Below are positions 9,201 through 16,506 of a DNA stretch of 64,000 nt, piece by piece. Each line of letters starts with the position of its first letter. Position 1 is the first letter of the stretch. Source of the DNA: a virus. The stretch is from IMG/VR virus record IMGVR_UViG_3300050498_000393, one strand, 5' to 3'. The notes under the pieces were generated by a model. It had not been told where the DNA came from. It made no database searches and worked only from the letters and a program-made list of their open reading frames with translations. Made by a program: the position numbers and the translations under genes.

Positions 9201-12011
9201 CAGCTGCCACTTACCCTTGTTCGAGGAGACCTGGGGACCGCGCTGGACGAGCAGGAATCGTTCGGTGCCGTCCTCGTCGGTGTGTCGGATCATGACGCCC
9301 GCGGCGCCATACCGTCCCCACAGTCCCGGCGCGGCGTAGCCGTCGCCGGACTTCCCACGCTGATCCTTAGGCAGAATCGTGAACGGCATCGCGTCGGCCG
9401 CCGGCTTCTTCTCACCCGGCTCGGGTACGCCGAAGCGCTTCATGAGGTAGGCACGACGCTTCTTCAGCCTATCGGCGAGGTCCTTGCCCAGGCCCGCGTT
9501 GACGACGGCCTGGTCGATCGCCTCGGGCGTGATCGCCGCGACGCGCTTCACCGACTCGCGGATCTCGTCGTCGGTCATGTCCCCGAACAACTGGGCAGCC
9601 TGCGCGTTGATCTTTGGATCACGCAACGTGTCGATCTCGAGGGCATCATCGCCGAACTCGGCGCCCTTCGGCTTACCCTTTGCCCGGAACAGCAGCGTTC
9701 CACCGACGTCGATCCGGTGCGGCTCACCATCATCGCCGGTGACGATGTTGTCGAGCGTGAGACCGGCAACGTCCCAGTTGGCCAGCCAGGCGTCGACCGC
9801 GAAGCCCTCCTGGAGCTTCTTCCGGTACGCCGGGTCCTTGAGCTTCACGGAGAGATCGGGCACCGCGCCCGGCACGAGGTCCGTGTACGTCTGGCCGACA
9901 GTCGTGTCCGGCAGATCGGGCGCGTCGGTGGCGCGGTGCACCTGCGGCGTGTCGACACCGGCGGCGCGGTAGAGCGCCGAGGCAAGCACCTCATTCTTGG
10001 CGTGCTTCTCGGACTTGGCCCGCTTGACGTAGATCCGGTGTCCGGTTGGTCCCTCGTAGACGCCCCCGAGGTTGGAGCCCTTCTGGCCAGAGATCTTCTT
10101 GTAGCCCTTGAGACTGGCGACCAACTTCGAGATCAGCACCTTGACGCCGGCCTGCTTCGCGAACTTACCCTCCGTATCGCGCTTGACCTGTGACTCCTGG
10201 AAGGGCTTCTTCGCGGCGACGAGTGTCGCGTCATCTCCGTCCACGGTGTCCATACTATCATCTTGTGAGACTTTGACACGCTTAACGTGATCGGCGGGGA
10301 TCGGTGGACCAACGTCCACACACGGCGGGATGTCGACGGTGCTCACAGTCTGCCAACTCATCGACCCAGTCAAGGTGGTGACGTACCGCACCTGCGTCTC
10401 ATACACGTCAGCACCAGCCGTCACCAGTTCAACGTCAACACGTCTAATACCCTTGGCATCTACGCCGTGATCCGCGACGATTCGAAACTTCGAGTTACGC
10501 GGTAACAGTACCTCACGCTCCCACGCATACTTCTCGGTGATGCTTGGAAAGTCAGCCCGCCCTATGCGTAGCGTCGGCGTATCCTTGGGTACCAAGATAC
10601 GCATGATCAACGGTGCGCCTGTGAGTGCACCGGTGTGTGCCGCCGATGTAAAGTGTTCGGCCGTTGAGCCATCTACGGTAACGGAGGTAAACCCCGGGTC
10701 ATCCCACGTTAAACCAACGTTGCTCTCATCGTCGTGCCATGACTCCCCGAATATCGCACTCGGGTTGATGATGCCGCGTTCCACGACGACATCACGCTTA
10801 AGCTTCGCCTTCGGCTGCTGAAACGCCAGATCAAGTGTGCGAACGCTGTCGCCGTAGCCGACGACACGACCCTGACCCTGGTCGTCCCTCTCGGTGAACC
10901 ATGAATCGCGATCGGTACCCTCACGTAACCTTCCGTTAAGTTGAAACGCGTCATTTTGATAACTGCCTACCGCGTGACTAAGGCCCGAGACGGTGGTTGG
11001 GCCGATCTGCCCACTCGCGTTAGGTCCAAGATTTCGACCCTTGTCATCAACTACACCGAACTCATCCGTAGACGTAACCACGTCGTAGGCCTTGTCGCCG
11101 GTACGTGCCTTACCTAGGCGCTTAAGAATCTTTGTGATATCACCCACACTTAACGTCTCACGGTGGCCGTGTGCCTTCTGATCGTGTAGCCCAGGCAAAT
11201 GAAATGTCTCGGCTTCGGTGGCCGCGATAACAACCTCCGCAACATCGACAACGTCGTCAATGTCGGTCGAGATGTGAAACAGCTGGGTGCACCGACAGTT
11301 GATCGTCTCACCCGGCGGTCCGGTCACATCGCCCGGGTAGTCGAGGAGCGCGCCGCCGACCTCATACTTTCCGTCCAGCGGCACGCTCTGGCCGTCGGCC
11401 AGCGCGTGGCTCGGCCGGGTCCGGTCGTCCTCGGTGGCCCGCCACTCCTTCTTACCCTCGAGACCGGACACCCGCAGCTGGGCGAGCGAGCCCGCCTCCA
11501 GGGCGGCGTGCGCCTCGGTGCGTGCGATCGTTAGGGCCCGCGCCTCGGACAGCTTGGCGATGTCCTGGACGCGCTTCGCGAGCTGCCCCGAGGTCTCCCC
11601 CAGGCGCAGGCCGTCGGCCAGCGCGAGGCGGATCAGCTCCCAGAGCTCGGTGGCCAGTGCCTTGACCCGGTTCGTCGCCGCCGTCAGGAAGTCGGTGGCG
11701 TCGGGCGCGGTGACCTGACCGCCGAGCGACGCGTTGACGGCGTCGGCCGCGCCGTAGTACAGCGTGGCAACGAACGGGGTGAGCTTACCCTCGACCTCGT
11801 CGTGCCACGCCTGCACGACGAGCGACGCGTCGTCGGGCGAGGTGGACGCCACGAGTCCCGACCAGCCCAGCTGGCCGGCGGTGACCGCCGACTGCGAGAG
11901 CACGTGGTTTGCGACGGCGTACACGGATCGCCGAAGCGACGCGCGAAAGCGTGCCTCGGTCGCGATGATCCTCTCGTCAATCTGGGCGAGTGTGAGCGCG
12001 GCGAGCTCCAC
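6249..12011 (-). CDS. MuF-like minor capsid protein fused to multiple enzymatic domains (1,920 aa)
   Basis: Single uninterrupted ORF directly downstream of the portal gene. N-terminal SPP1 gp7/MuF signature plus the domains listed separately below. Confidence 0.9.
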   Translation of the reverse strand: MELAALTLAQIDERIIATEARFRASLRRSVYAVANHVLSQSAVTAGQLGWSGLVASTSPDDASLVVQAWHDEVEGKLTPFVATLYYGAADAVNASLGGQVTAPDATDFLTAATNRVKALATELWELIRLALADGLRLGETSGQLAKRVQDIAKLSEARALTIARTEAHAALEAGSLAQLRVSGLEGKKEWRATEDDRTRPSHALADGQSVPLDGKYEVGGALLDYPGDVTGPPGETINCRCTQLFHISTDIDDVVDVAEVVIAATEAETFHLPGLHDQKAHGHRETLSVGDITKILKRLGKARTGDKAYDVVTSTDEFGVVDDKGRNLGPNASGQIGPTTVSGLSHAVGSYQNDAFQLNGRLREGTDRDSWFTERDDQGQGRVVGYGDSVRTLDLAFQQPKAKLKRDVVVERGIINPSAIFGESWHDDESNVGLTWDDPGFTSVTVDGSTAEHFTSAAHTGALTGAPLIMRILVPKDTPTLRIGRADFPSITEKYAWEREVLLPRNSKFRIVADHGVDAKGIRRVDVELVTAGADVYETQVRYVTTLTGSMSWQTVSTVDIPPCVDVGPPIPADHVKRVKVSQDDSMDTVDGDDATLVAAKKPFQESQVKRDTEGKFAKQAGVKVLISKLVASLKGYKKISGQKGSNLGGVYEGPTGHRIYVKRAKSEKHAKNEVLASALYRAAGVDTPQVHRATDAPDLPDTTVGQTYTDLVPGAVPDLSVKLKDPAYRKKLQEGFAVDAWLANWDVAGLTLDNIVTGDDGEPHRIDVGGTLLFRAKGKPKGAEFGDDALEIDTLRDPKINAQAAQLFGDMTDDEIRESVKRVAAITPEAIDQAVVNAGLGKDLADRLKKRRAYLMKRFGVPEPGEKKPAADAMPFTILPKDQRGKSGDGYAAPGLWGRYGAAGVMIRHTDEDGTERFLLVQRGPQVSSNKGKWQLAGGAIDEFETPEQGAAREIHEEIGAPADYVGSMKKVGTHSTAVPIEGKQPWVYSSIAADAPEMFDPVVDQTETGDAKWLTYAEIKELEQSGQLHPALAKNIEAIFDLYDGEPSKSKPVSTPQLESLVESPVKEKAGPTLSGGAKKPKGKPGDPLKITTGVIWPKEPYADGDVIAVSADGSQKLVWDDGQKKYVHTIVGPTKTTSFSYSKKEAYTKLKSQTGWFIPGGEPSLPPQATNAPDLVGQPGDVDVGTTPNWDQIIEGNYAGDYPSGTAVAEAITPSGGKYQLTQSTNTGVFLVSYTTRWYVSQLDSIDLYTYDTGDKLHSELLNYAPEWHAVASPAFSLTELPTPTTSTISEDVIAEGVDWSSVLTGIYEQEYDPTIPIAVTHDGTYRLIINSYASNTITVEKKQLHGTWLSIDDVSLSDDGDIASTQIEQLTFGYGSKWVPWTGEPDVSGGYVENELTIQNWQGLLGGKFSPGTLIATSVDGQWRLVKNSTTYTFEKKNWDGTWSKVSVVGKQEVIKQSKQPWFGQWEVPSTPGQQADYPAPGSVTSPVSVVPVVTPSVVGDTSGISAASKQFMQTLAKEQGAHWYSKPEDIWAAVKKIKQLYPAYSTLQILHALDEGTKTKKSPTPHTDKIHKWLKTNKGAVQSGLSIAQLKEALGQSPTSTAPLTPGAEPPDITTSGIGHLPAATKQEIYAEFKKLPSTSSAKGSPAAIYTAAKQVGSDYNLSLLQVLQVLDEIRAAKVKATGNDAKAYQNNVLAWLKTPKGAAAAAGLPIPKPEKPKLKVPAEIEDFDTTGKYTYDVVSTIDALAASKASKKKYGDWTSEEQAGLTAYTGGIYYSINSYLWGDSDSLSSSNETAMIHIQAGMRPSTRPMLLHRGTGLDGVGGAKSYDQLLAMVGQTYRADGFSSTSVGGKEAFSKTVRLEIEAPPGTPMAYVRPISHFKSENEMTLAAGLHFRIISVKKVGSKIVVRLRVVPEP
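6252..6809 (-). other. C-terminal ADP-ribosyltransferase domain (ART2) of the MuF fusion
   Basis: aa ~1735-1920: YTGGIYYSINSYL, R1819 (LLHRG), S1849-S-T-S (GFSSTS), E1887-N-E1889 (SENEMTL). This is the canonical R-STS-ExE triad. Confidence 0.8.
6876..7490 (-). repeat. two ~90-aa helical protein repeats inside the MuF fusion
   Basis: SKQFMQTLAKE..LQILHALDE..IHKWLKTNKGA versus TKQEIYAEFKK..LQVLQVLDE..VLAWLKTPKGA (aa ~1508-1712). Confidence 0.6.
7602..8726 (-). repeat. four beta-rich protein repeats inside the MuF fusion
   Basis: DGSQKLVWDDGQKKY / GGKYQLTQSTNTG / DGTYRLIINSYASNT..EKKQLHGTW / DGQWRLVKNSTTYTFEKKNWDGTW (aa ~1096-1470). This stretch is visibly lower in GC and Lys-rich. Confidence 0.55.
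8877..9329 (-). other. Nudix hydrolase domain of the MuF fusion
   Basis: aa 939-961, GGAIDEFETPEQGAAREIHEEIG, matches the Nudix box GX5EX7REUXEEXGU. Confidence 0.8.
9462..10124 (-). other. protein-kinase-like domain of the MuF fusion (family unresolved)
   Basis: aa ~630-850: Gly-rich loop GSNLGGVY, IYVKR lysine, NEVLASALY Glu, WDVAGLTLDNIV and HRIDVGG. The motif order matches a kinase fold. Confidence 0.45.
10422..10994 (-). other. internal ADP-ribosyltransferase-like domain (ART1) of the MuF fusion
   Basis: aa ~340-530: R412 (VVVERG), F441-T-S-V-T445, E498-R-E500 (WEREVLLP). This is an R-S-E triad pattern. Confidence 0.6.
11277..11714 (-). other. MuF / SPP1 gp7 head-morphogenesis domain
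   Basis: ARTEAHAALEAG..WRATEDDRTRPSHALADGQSV..GETINCRCT (aa ~100-245). Confidence 0.8.
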
Positions 12012-12014
12012 GGC

Positions 12015-13613
12015 TCACCTCGGCGGTGCGACGACGACGGTGATGGGTCGCGCGCCGTTCGGCTCGGAGGGCGCCTGGTCGGGTCGCGTCGGTGGGGTGT
12101 TCCCGCCGCCCGGCGCGGTGGTCGCACCGTCGCCGGGCTCCCCCTCGCCTGGGCCGTTCGGCGCGGGTGCGCCGGGCGGCGGAGCCGGTGGGGTGAACTT
12201 ATCACCGGTGAGCTTCTCGTAGGCCTCGGCGGCCAGCTGCGGGTTGTCCAGCAGCTTCACGAGCGCCATGCGCTTGAACTCGTCGGGGGACGGCTCGGCG
12301 GACTCGTCGACGCCCGACTCCTTGCGCGTTGCGGCGTCGCTTACGATCAGTCGGTCACGCAGTTCGAGGACCTGCTGACTCAGGTCGGGCTTCGAGGTGA
12401 GCTCGCTCGTGTCGTACCAGACGATGATCCGGTCACCGTTCAACGTGATCGGTTCGTGGGCCGCGCGCAGCATCGGGTGTAGGTAACCGAGCGTGAGACC
12501 CTGACACACCGTCTCGATTGGCGGCGCGATGAAGATCTTGATGGATTGCTCGTCGCCGAGCCACGCGTTCCAGTGGTTGGAGTCGCCTGTGCCGAGCAAC
12601 GCCTCGACCGGCATGCGCAGCGTGCGGGCGAGTCGCGTGATCGCCTTGTCTCGGTCGTCGAGCAGCGAGTTGCGCGCCTGCGAGTCGGCCTGGTCGTGGA
12701 ACGTGATGTGCTTGATCTTCTCGATCGCGTCACCCGGGATGCGCCACGGGATCGGCAGCGCGGCCAGCGCGGTGCCCGGTTCGGAGATCGACTTGGCGGC
12801 GATGTCGACGAGTTGCGCGACCAGAGGATCGGCCTCGTCCTGGAACTCGGGCCGGACCGGAACGGTGATTTCCTCGGGGATCGCCAGGATGCCGTTCATG
12901 GCGAGCCGTGAGATCAGCAGCGCGATGATGCGTCGGTCGTACAGGTTGATCTCGCGCAGGATCGCGAGCGCGGCCTTGCCGACGGCCGTGGCCTTCCAAC
13001 CGAAGTGCCGGTCCTTCTCCCAGATACGGCACACCAGCGAGTCGTCGGCGATCGGCCGCCAGACGCCGTCATCCACCTGTATCTGGAACGTGCCGGCGTC
13101 GTCATCATCCCGGTTGCCCAGCAGACCACTAAACGTCTGGCCGAGCCGGGACCTACGCTTCCGCTGGATCGGCTGCACCTCGTCGGCGGACCGGACGACC
13201 CACAGTTGCTCCCCGTCGACGACCTCGCCGGTGAGCCAGCAGTCACCGACCAGCGGGAGGTGCACCCCGAAGTCACTCATCATGGCGGCCTGGCCCGGCA
13301 GGCCACCGCAGAGCTCTTGCATGATGTCCGCGGCGGGTCCGTCCTCGATCGGCTCGGGCTCGTCGCCACCGGGCGTCAGGACGGCGGCCAGCAGCCGCAC
13401 CCGTGACATCGAGTTACTGAGCCACGTGACGCCGGCGTTGTACTCACCGATCGCGTCGTACATCGCCCAGGACTCGTCCTGCCACGACCTGTACCGGATG
13501 AGTAACTGACGGGTCGACTGGACGATCGACGCGGCGGCCACCAGCGCCCGGCGCTCGACCGTTCGCGTGACGCTGGCCGACGCCGTGAGCGCGTCCCTGC
13601 GCCGGTCGGCCAC
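12015..13613 (-). CDS. portal protein
   Basis: 532 aa. Lies immediately upstream of the MuF gene. The N-terminal WQDESWAMYDAIGEYNAGVTWLSNSMSRVRL pattern is typical of actinophage portals. Confidence 0.8.
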   Translation of the reverse strand: MADRRRDALTASASVTRTVERRALVAAASIVQSTRQLLIRYRSWQDESWAMYDAIGEYNAGVTWLSNSMSRVRLLAAVLTPGGDEPEPIEDGPAADIMQELCGGLPGQAAMMSDFGVHLPLVGDCWLTGEVVDGEQLWVVRSADEVQPIQRKRRSRLGQTFSGLLGNRDDDDAGTFQIQVDDGVWRPIADDSLVCRIWEKDRHFGWKATAVGKAALAILREINLYDRRIIALLISRLAMNGILAIPEEITVPVRPEFQDEADPLVAQLVDIAAKSISEPGTALAALPIPWRIPGDAIEKIKHITFHDQADSQARNSLLDDRDKAITRLARTLRMPVEALLGTGDSNHWNAWLGDEQSIKIFIAPPIETVCQGLTLGYLHPMLRAAHEPITLNGDRIIVWYDTSELTSKPDLSQQVLELRDRLIVSDAATRKESGVDESAEPSPDEFKRMALVKLLDNPQLAAEAYEKLTGDKFTPPAPPPGAPAPNGPGEGEPGDGATTAPGGGNTPPTRPDQAPSEPNGARPITVVVAPPR

Positions 13614-13626
13614 GGCTCACCTCCGG

Positions 13627-14022
13627 TCAGTCGGGTTCCCGCTGGGCGATCAGCCCCGTCGCCGTGCTCGCGGCGAGCCACGTCAACACGGAGATGTAGA
13701 CAGGGTAGCCCGAGAGGCCTGCCCAGTGCCAGGCGCCCACCACGACCAGCGCTCCCACCCACATCGACGCGCACCAGTCGCACTCCCAGAGGTACGCGAG
13801 CGAGTGCATCACGACGTTCGTTCGCGCACCCGACCACGTGTCGTTACGTCGCGCGCGCCAGGCGTCCTCGGGCGTGTCGGGCAGCCGCACCGAGATGCGT
13901 GACCAACGCCGCGCGAACGCTTCGCGCGGCAGCGCGATGAGTGGGAACTGGTCACGCGTGACGAGGCGCGTGACGCGGTGGGTGGTGAGCAGGATAAGCA
14001 ACAGCGTGATCCAAATCGGCAT
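13627..14022 (-). CDS. DUF1360-like integral membrane protein
   Basis: HRVTRLVTRDQFP...CDWCASMW with multiple TM segments. I prefer a leaderless ATG at 14022 (TATGCT-N6-ATG). The ORF track start is the GTG at 14028. Confidence 0.7.
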   Translation of the reverse strand: MPIWITLLLILLTTHRVTRLVTRDQFPLIALPREAFARRWSRISVRLPDTPEDAWRARRNDTWSGARTNVVMHSLAYLWECDWCASMWVGALVVVGAWHWAGLSGYPVYISVLTWLAASTATGLIAQREPD

Positions 14023-14028
14023 GCTCAC

Positions 14029-14037
14029 AGCATATCA
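14029..14037 (-). promoter_or_regulatory. extended -10 promoter (TGATATGCT), leaderless arrangement
   Basis: Complement reads CCTGATATGCT-GTGAGC-ATG. Six nt separate the -10 hexamer from the ATG. Confidence 0.4.
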
Positions 14038-14154
14038 GGGTGCCTGCGTGAGCGCGGTGATCGTGTCCCACACCTCGAGAATCAGGGAGCTGACGGCCAG
14101 CGCCGTCGCCAACACGCCGAACCACAGAACGGAGTCGAGAAATCGTCCTATCAC
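14035..14154 (-). CDS. small membrane protein (39 aa)
   Basis: Hand-found GTG ORF, VIGRFLDSVLWFGVLATALAVSSLILEVWDTITALTQAP. One TM segment, no clear SD. Confidence 0.35.
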   Translation of the reverse strand: MIGRFLDSVLWFGVLATALAVSSLILEVWDTITALTQAP

Positions 14155-14232
14155 GTGATCAGGGTAGCAAGATCGACCAAACACAACACGACGCCCACGG
14201 CGTTGGTGTCGTCGTGGGCGTCGTCTCAGGTC

Positions 14233-14427
14233 TTACTTGTCCTCGGTGGCCTCACGGTTCTCGGGTGTGTCGGGCGTCGCCGAACGGATCGCCTGTCTGA
14301 AGCCGGCCTCCTCGGCGTCACGTGCCGGCGTTCCCTCGTTAGACCACACCGTCCCCGGTGCCGGCGGTGCGAGCACCTCGTCACCGGAGGCTGCGGTCAC
14401 CCTGTCGGGTACCTGACTCTCACTCAT
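14233..14427 (-). CDS. hypothetical acidic protein (64 aa)
   Basis: ATG ORF in the track, preceded by TATGAT-N6-ATG (leaderless promoter pattern). Confidence 0.5.
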   Translation of the reverse strand: MSESQVPDRVTAASGDEVLAPPAPGTVWSNEGTPARDAEEAGFRQAIRSATPDTPENREATEDK

Positions 14428-14433
14428 GACTCG

Positions 14434-14439
14434 ATCATA
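14434..14439 (-). promoter_or_regulatory. -10 hexamer TATGAT, leaderless arrangement
   Basis: Complement reads GCGTATGAT-CGAGTC-ATG. Confidence 0.35.
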
Positions 14440-14453
14440 CGCCGATCACGGAC

Positions 14454-14576
14454 TCAGAGGCAATTTGTGATGAAAAAGATGATCGCGGCGACGCCGCACA
14501 CGACGATGATGATCGTCTCAGGCGACGGGTAACGACCGTCCTCCACAGGTGGTTCTGTTCCGCCGTTCAGTCCCAC
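14454..14576 (-). CDS. small membrane protein (40 aa)
   Basis: Hand-found GTG ORF overlapping the upstream stop: VGLNGGTEPPVEDGRYPSPETIIIVVCGVAAIIFFITNCL. Confidence 0.4.
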   Translation of the reverse strand: MGLNGGTEPPVEDGRYPSPETIIIVVCGVAAIIFFITNCL

Positions 14577-14944
14577 GTCGCCTCCTCATACACCGTGCGT
14601 GTGACGTCGTCCTCGGGATCGACGCTCAGCAGTACGTTCATGAGCACCTCGTCGGGGCGCATACGCACCATGCCGAGACAGCTGTCGCCCAGCCACTTCA
14701 CAAGCTTCTCCCAGCGCCGCGCGGGCACGGCGGTGTCGCCACCCACGCCCCGCTGGGTGAGAAAGTAAAGGCCGTTGACCCGCACCGCCGCGTAGACGTA
14801 CGGTCGTTGGTACGGATCCGCCTCGAAGACCCGCGCGAAGACGATGACGCCGCCGTCCACGCACGGGTCCTCGTCCGGCAGTTGAAGCATCTTACCCTGC
14901 GGAACGTCCACCGCGCGACCGATGCGATCGAGCTCAGACATCAT
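14567..14944 (-). CDS. hypothetical protein (125 aa)
   Basis: ORF in the track. TGAATG junction with the upstream small ORF. High GC3. Confidence 0.6.
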   Translation of the reverse strand: MMSELDRIGRAVDVPQGKMLQLPDEDPCVDGGVIVFARVFEADPYQRPYVYAAVRVNGLYFLTQRGVGGDTAVPARRWEKLVKWLGDSCLGMVRMRPDEVLMNVLLSVDPEDDVTRTVYEEATWD

Positions 14945-15082
14945 TCACTCCCACGTCGTCATCGTCGGGTCGGGTGGCAGTTGACACTCGAGCGTCGAAC
15001 GCACGTGTCGGTAGGCCTTGAGCCCGGCGCGCCAGCGCATGATGTGCCCGGCCGCGCAGTGAAGACTGGCGATCTTAGCCAT
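14945..15082 (-). CDS. small hypothetical protein (45 aa)
   Basis: Hand-found ATG ORF, MAKIASLHCAAGHIMRWRAGLKAY.... Overlaps the upstream stop by 8 nt and abuts the next start. Confidence 0.4.
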   Translation of the reverse strand: MAKIASLHCAAGHIMRWRAGLKAYRHVRSTLECQLPPDPTMTTWE

Positions 15083-15425
15083 CGATCTCTACTTTTCCCA
15101 CGTCACCGACGATCGCTTGGATGAGTTCACCTACGGTGCCGGCGAACCGAAGCACGTGCCGGTCACCGTTACACATGACGACGGTGAGATCGATGCCGAC
15201 CCGCCGCGTGTCACCCTCGTAGAAGGTACCCATGAACTCGTGCCAGTCGACCTCGGTCCACGAGCTTCGTGCGTAGTCGATCTGACCCTCGTAGATTCGG
15301 GTCTTGATGTCCGCGTACCCCGGGTGGATCCACCCGTACACGTTGGCGCTCGGGTCGATTAGGGTGCCGTGTTTCACCAGCACGTCGATCATCCGCTCAC
15401 GCAAGTCGGTCGTCCAGTCACTCAC
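15075..15425 (-). CDS. hypothetical protein (116 aa)
   Basis: The track ORF 15075..15515 is trimmed to the GTG at 15425, which forms a GTGA overlap with the upstream stop. Confidence 0.6.
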   Translation of the reverse strand: MSDWTTDLRERMIDVLVKHGTLIDPSANVYGWIHPGYADIKTRIYEGQIDYARSSWTEVDWHEFMGTFYEGDTRRVGIDLTVVMCNGDRHVLRFAGTVGELIQAIVGDVGKVEIDG

Positions 15426-15748
15426 GGCAGCGTCACCGTCTCCGCGGGCACATACACCCGCGCCATCATCGTGCAGATCTTGGGGAGGATGTACTCGGCG
15501 ACGGACGCCGGGCACACGATCCGCCGGACGCCGTTCTCGTCGAGCAGGGGGTGGACGTGCGCGCGGCCCTTCGTCGGTTGCGCGAATGCCAGGAAGTCGG
15601 GCACGTTGCTGGCCCGGACGTCGCCGACCCAGATGACCAGCTCGGGATCGTTCTCGTTGACGTAGATCGCCAACACGGGTCGCTCGCCGTCGCTCAGCCA
15701 GCGGAAGGTGTGCCAGCCGACCCGCTCGCCCACGTACTCGATGTTCAC
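15422..15748 (-). CDS. hypothetical protein (108 aa)
   Basis: The track ORF is trimmed to the GTG at 15748. That GTG follows the conserved leader GGTAGACCGAG and a GAGGAGAG SD. Confidence 0.6.
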   Translation of the reverse strand: MNIEYVGERVGWHTFRWLSDGERPVLAIYVNENDPELVIWVGDVRASNVPDFLAFAQPTKGRAHVHPLLDENGVRRIVCPASVAEYILPKICTMMARVYVPAETVTLP

Positions 15749-15795
15749 GGTTCTCTCCTCATCACTCGGTCTACCGTCATGAGACAATCATACCA
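15749..15795 (-). promoter_or_regulatory. extended -10 promoter (TGGTATGAT) plus conserved GTAGACCGAG leader
   Basis: Complement reads TGGTATGATTGTCTCATGACGGTAGACCGAGTGATGAGGAGAGAACC-GTG. Confidence 0.5.
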
Positions 15796-15884
15796 TATAT
15801 CTCATCCTTGTGCAAGGAAAAGGCCCGGGTGACGTAACCCCCGTGTGGGGCCATCGGTCGATCCCGGGCTCTCCCTCTTCGGTG

Positions 15885-16073
15885 TCAGCGATCCTGCCGG
15901 CTCCGGCCGCCATACTCGCCGTGGTCCGCGAAAATCTCCTTCACGAGACCCTTGAGGTCGGCGACGGTCTCGACGATCGCCTGCTCACCCCGCGCGCCGC
16001 ACTCGGCGCGAACCATCTCGAGGTGCGTTGCGACGATCGAGTCGACCAGCGCGAGCGCCTTCTCCAGTTGCAT
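15885..16073 (-). CDS. hypothetical protein (62 aa)
   Basis: ATG ORF with a GAAGGGAGAG SD. Helical, acidic. Confidence 0.55.
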   Translation of the reverse strand: MQLEKALALVDSIVATHLEMVRAECGARGEQAIVETVADLKGLVKEIFADHGEYGGRSRQDR

Positions 16074-16088
16074 CGGTCTCTCCCTTCG

Positions 16089-16097
16089 TAAGTATCA
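16089..16097 (-). promoter_or_regulatory. weak extended -10-like element (CCTGATACTTA)
   Basis: Shares the CCTGATA core with stronger copies elsewhere. Lies 15 nt upstream of the ATG at 16073. Confidence 0.25.
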
Positions 16098-16108
16098 GGA
16101 GGGGCGGA

Positions 16109-16129
16109 CACCCGGGTCATCCCCGGGTG
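16109..16129 (-). promoter_or_regulatory. perfect 8-bp stem-loop
   Basis: CACCCGGG-TCATC-CCCGGGTG. Confidence 0.5.
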
Positions 16130-16185
16130 CCCTTTCACGGCGCTGGCTCGGCACCTTATATCCGGGAGCCACCCGGACCCCTCCT

Positions 16186-16491
16186 CGGCGAGAGTCGAGG
16201 GGATTCGAACCCCACCCCCTGGATTCCTTTCACCGAGCCGGACTTCATCCGGGTCGGCTACTCGTTCACCTGTGCACCATACACCTGACCTCAACCCCGA
16301 TCTCGCGGGATCGGACGAGACGGCTCGCGTCACCGCTCAGCTAGGAGCTGGGAGCTACCCAACCCCACGCGCAGCCTGAAGGGCATCGATCCCCTACGAC
16401 TAGGCTTTCAGCCGTTTCCACAATCAGGCTCCATGACTCCCAGGCGGGCGGGAGGTCGTTCCGGTAACCTCCCGCTCCTTCCCGCCCGGTT
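16186..16491 (-). ncRNA. putative structured non-coding transcript or long leader with a tRNA-like T-arm
   Basis: A 450-bp gap without a credible ORF. Promoter at 16498-16506. Several strong hairpins. The complement of 16199-16213 reads GGGGTTCGAATCCCC. A GGGAGTC/GACTCTC pairing is possible, but no canonical cloverleaf forms. Confidence 0.3.
16443..16486 (-). terminator. strong stem-loop after the 16528 gene stop
   Basis: GGCGG-GCGGGAGGT-loop-ACCTCCCGC-bulge-CCGCC. No U-tract. Confidence 0.4.
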
Positions 16492-16497
16492 GGTTCG

Positions 16498-16506
16498 ATT
16501 ATATCT
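16498..16506 (-). promoter_or_regulatory. -10 promoter element (AGATATAAT-CGAAC)
   Basis: Complement GAGATATAATCGAAC is nearly identical to the promoter at 17484 (GTGATATAATCGAAC). Points into the non-coding region. Confidence 0.45.

Noticed and set aside
8919-10193. Long opposite-strand or off-frame ORFs in the track, for example 539..1498(+), 4581..5516(+), 8919..10193(+), 12529..13509(+), 23969..25225(-), 24043..24990(+), 32714..33349(-), 46444..47088(-) and 57861..58943(+).
   Set aside because: These are mirror ORFs typical of high-GC DNA. They are Arg/Pro/Gly/Ser-rich low-complexity translations with no SD. Each lies entirely inside a gene on the other strand or frame that has clear domain motifs (MuF, portal, primase, PolA, endolysin, tail proteins).
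16186-16447. Canonical tRNA or tmRNA call for the GGTTCGAATCC-containing region.
   Set aside because: No D-arm or anticodon arm can be drawn. The T-stem would need a T-T mismatch or a 6-bp stem, putting the acceptor out of register. No encoded CCA and no convincing tag-peptide ORF are present. It is kept only as an unclassified structured RNA candidate.
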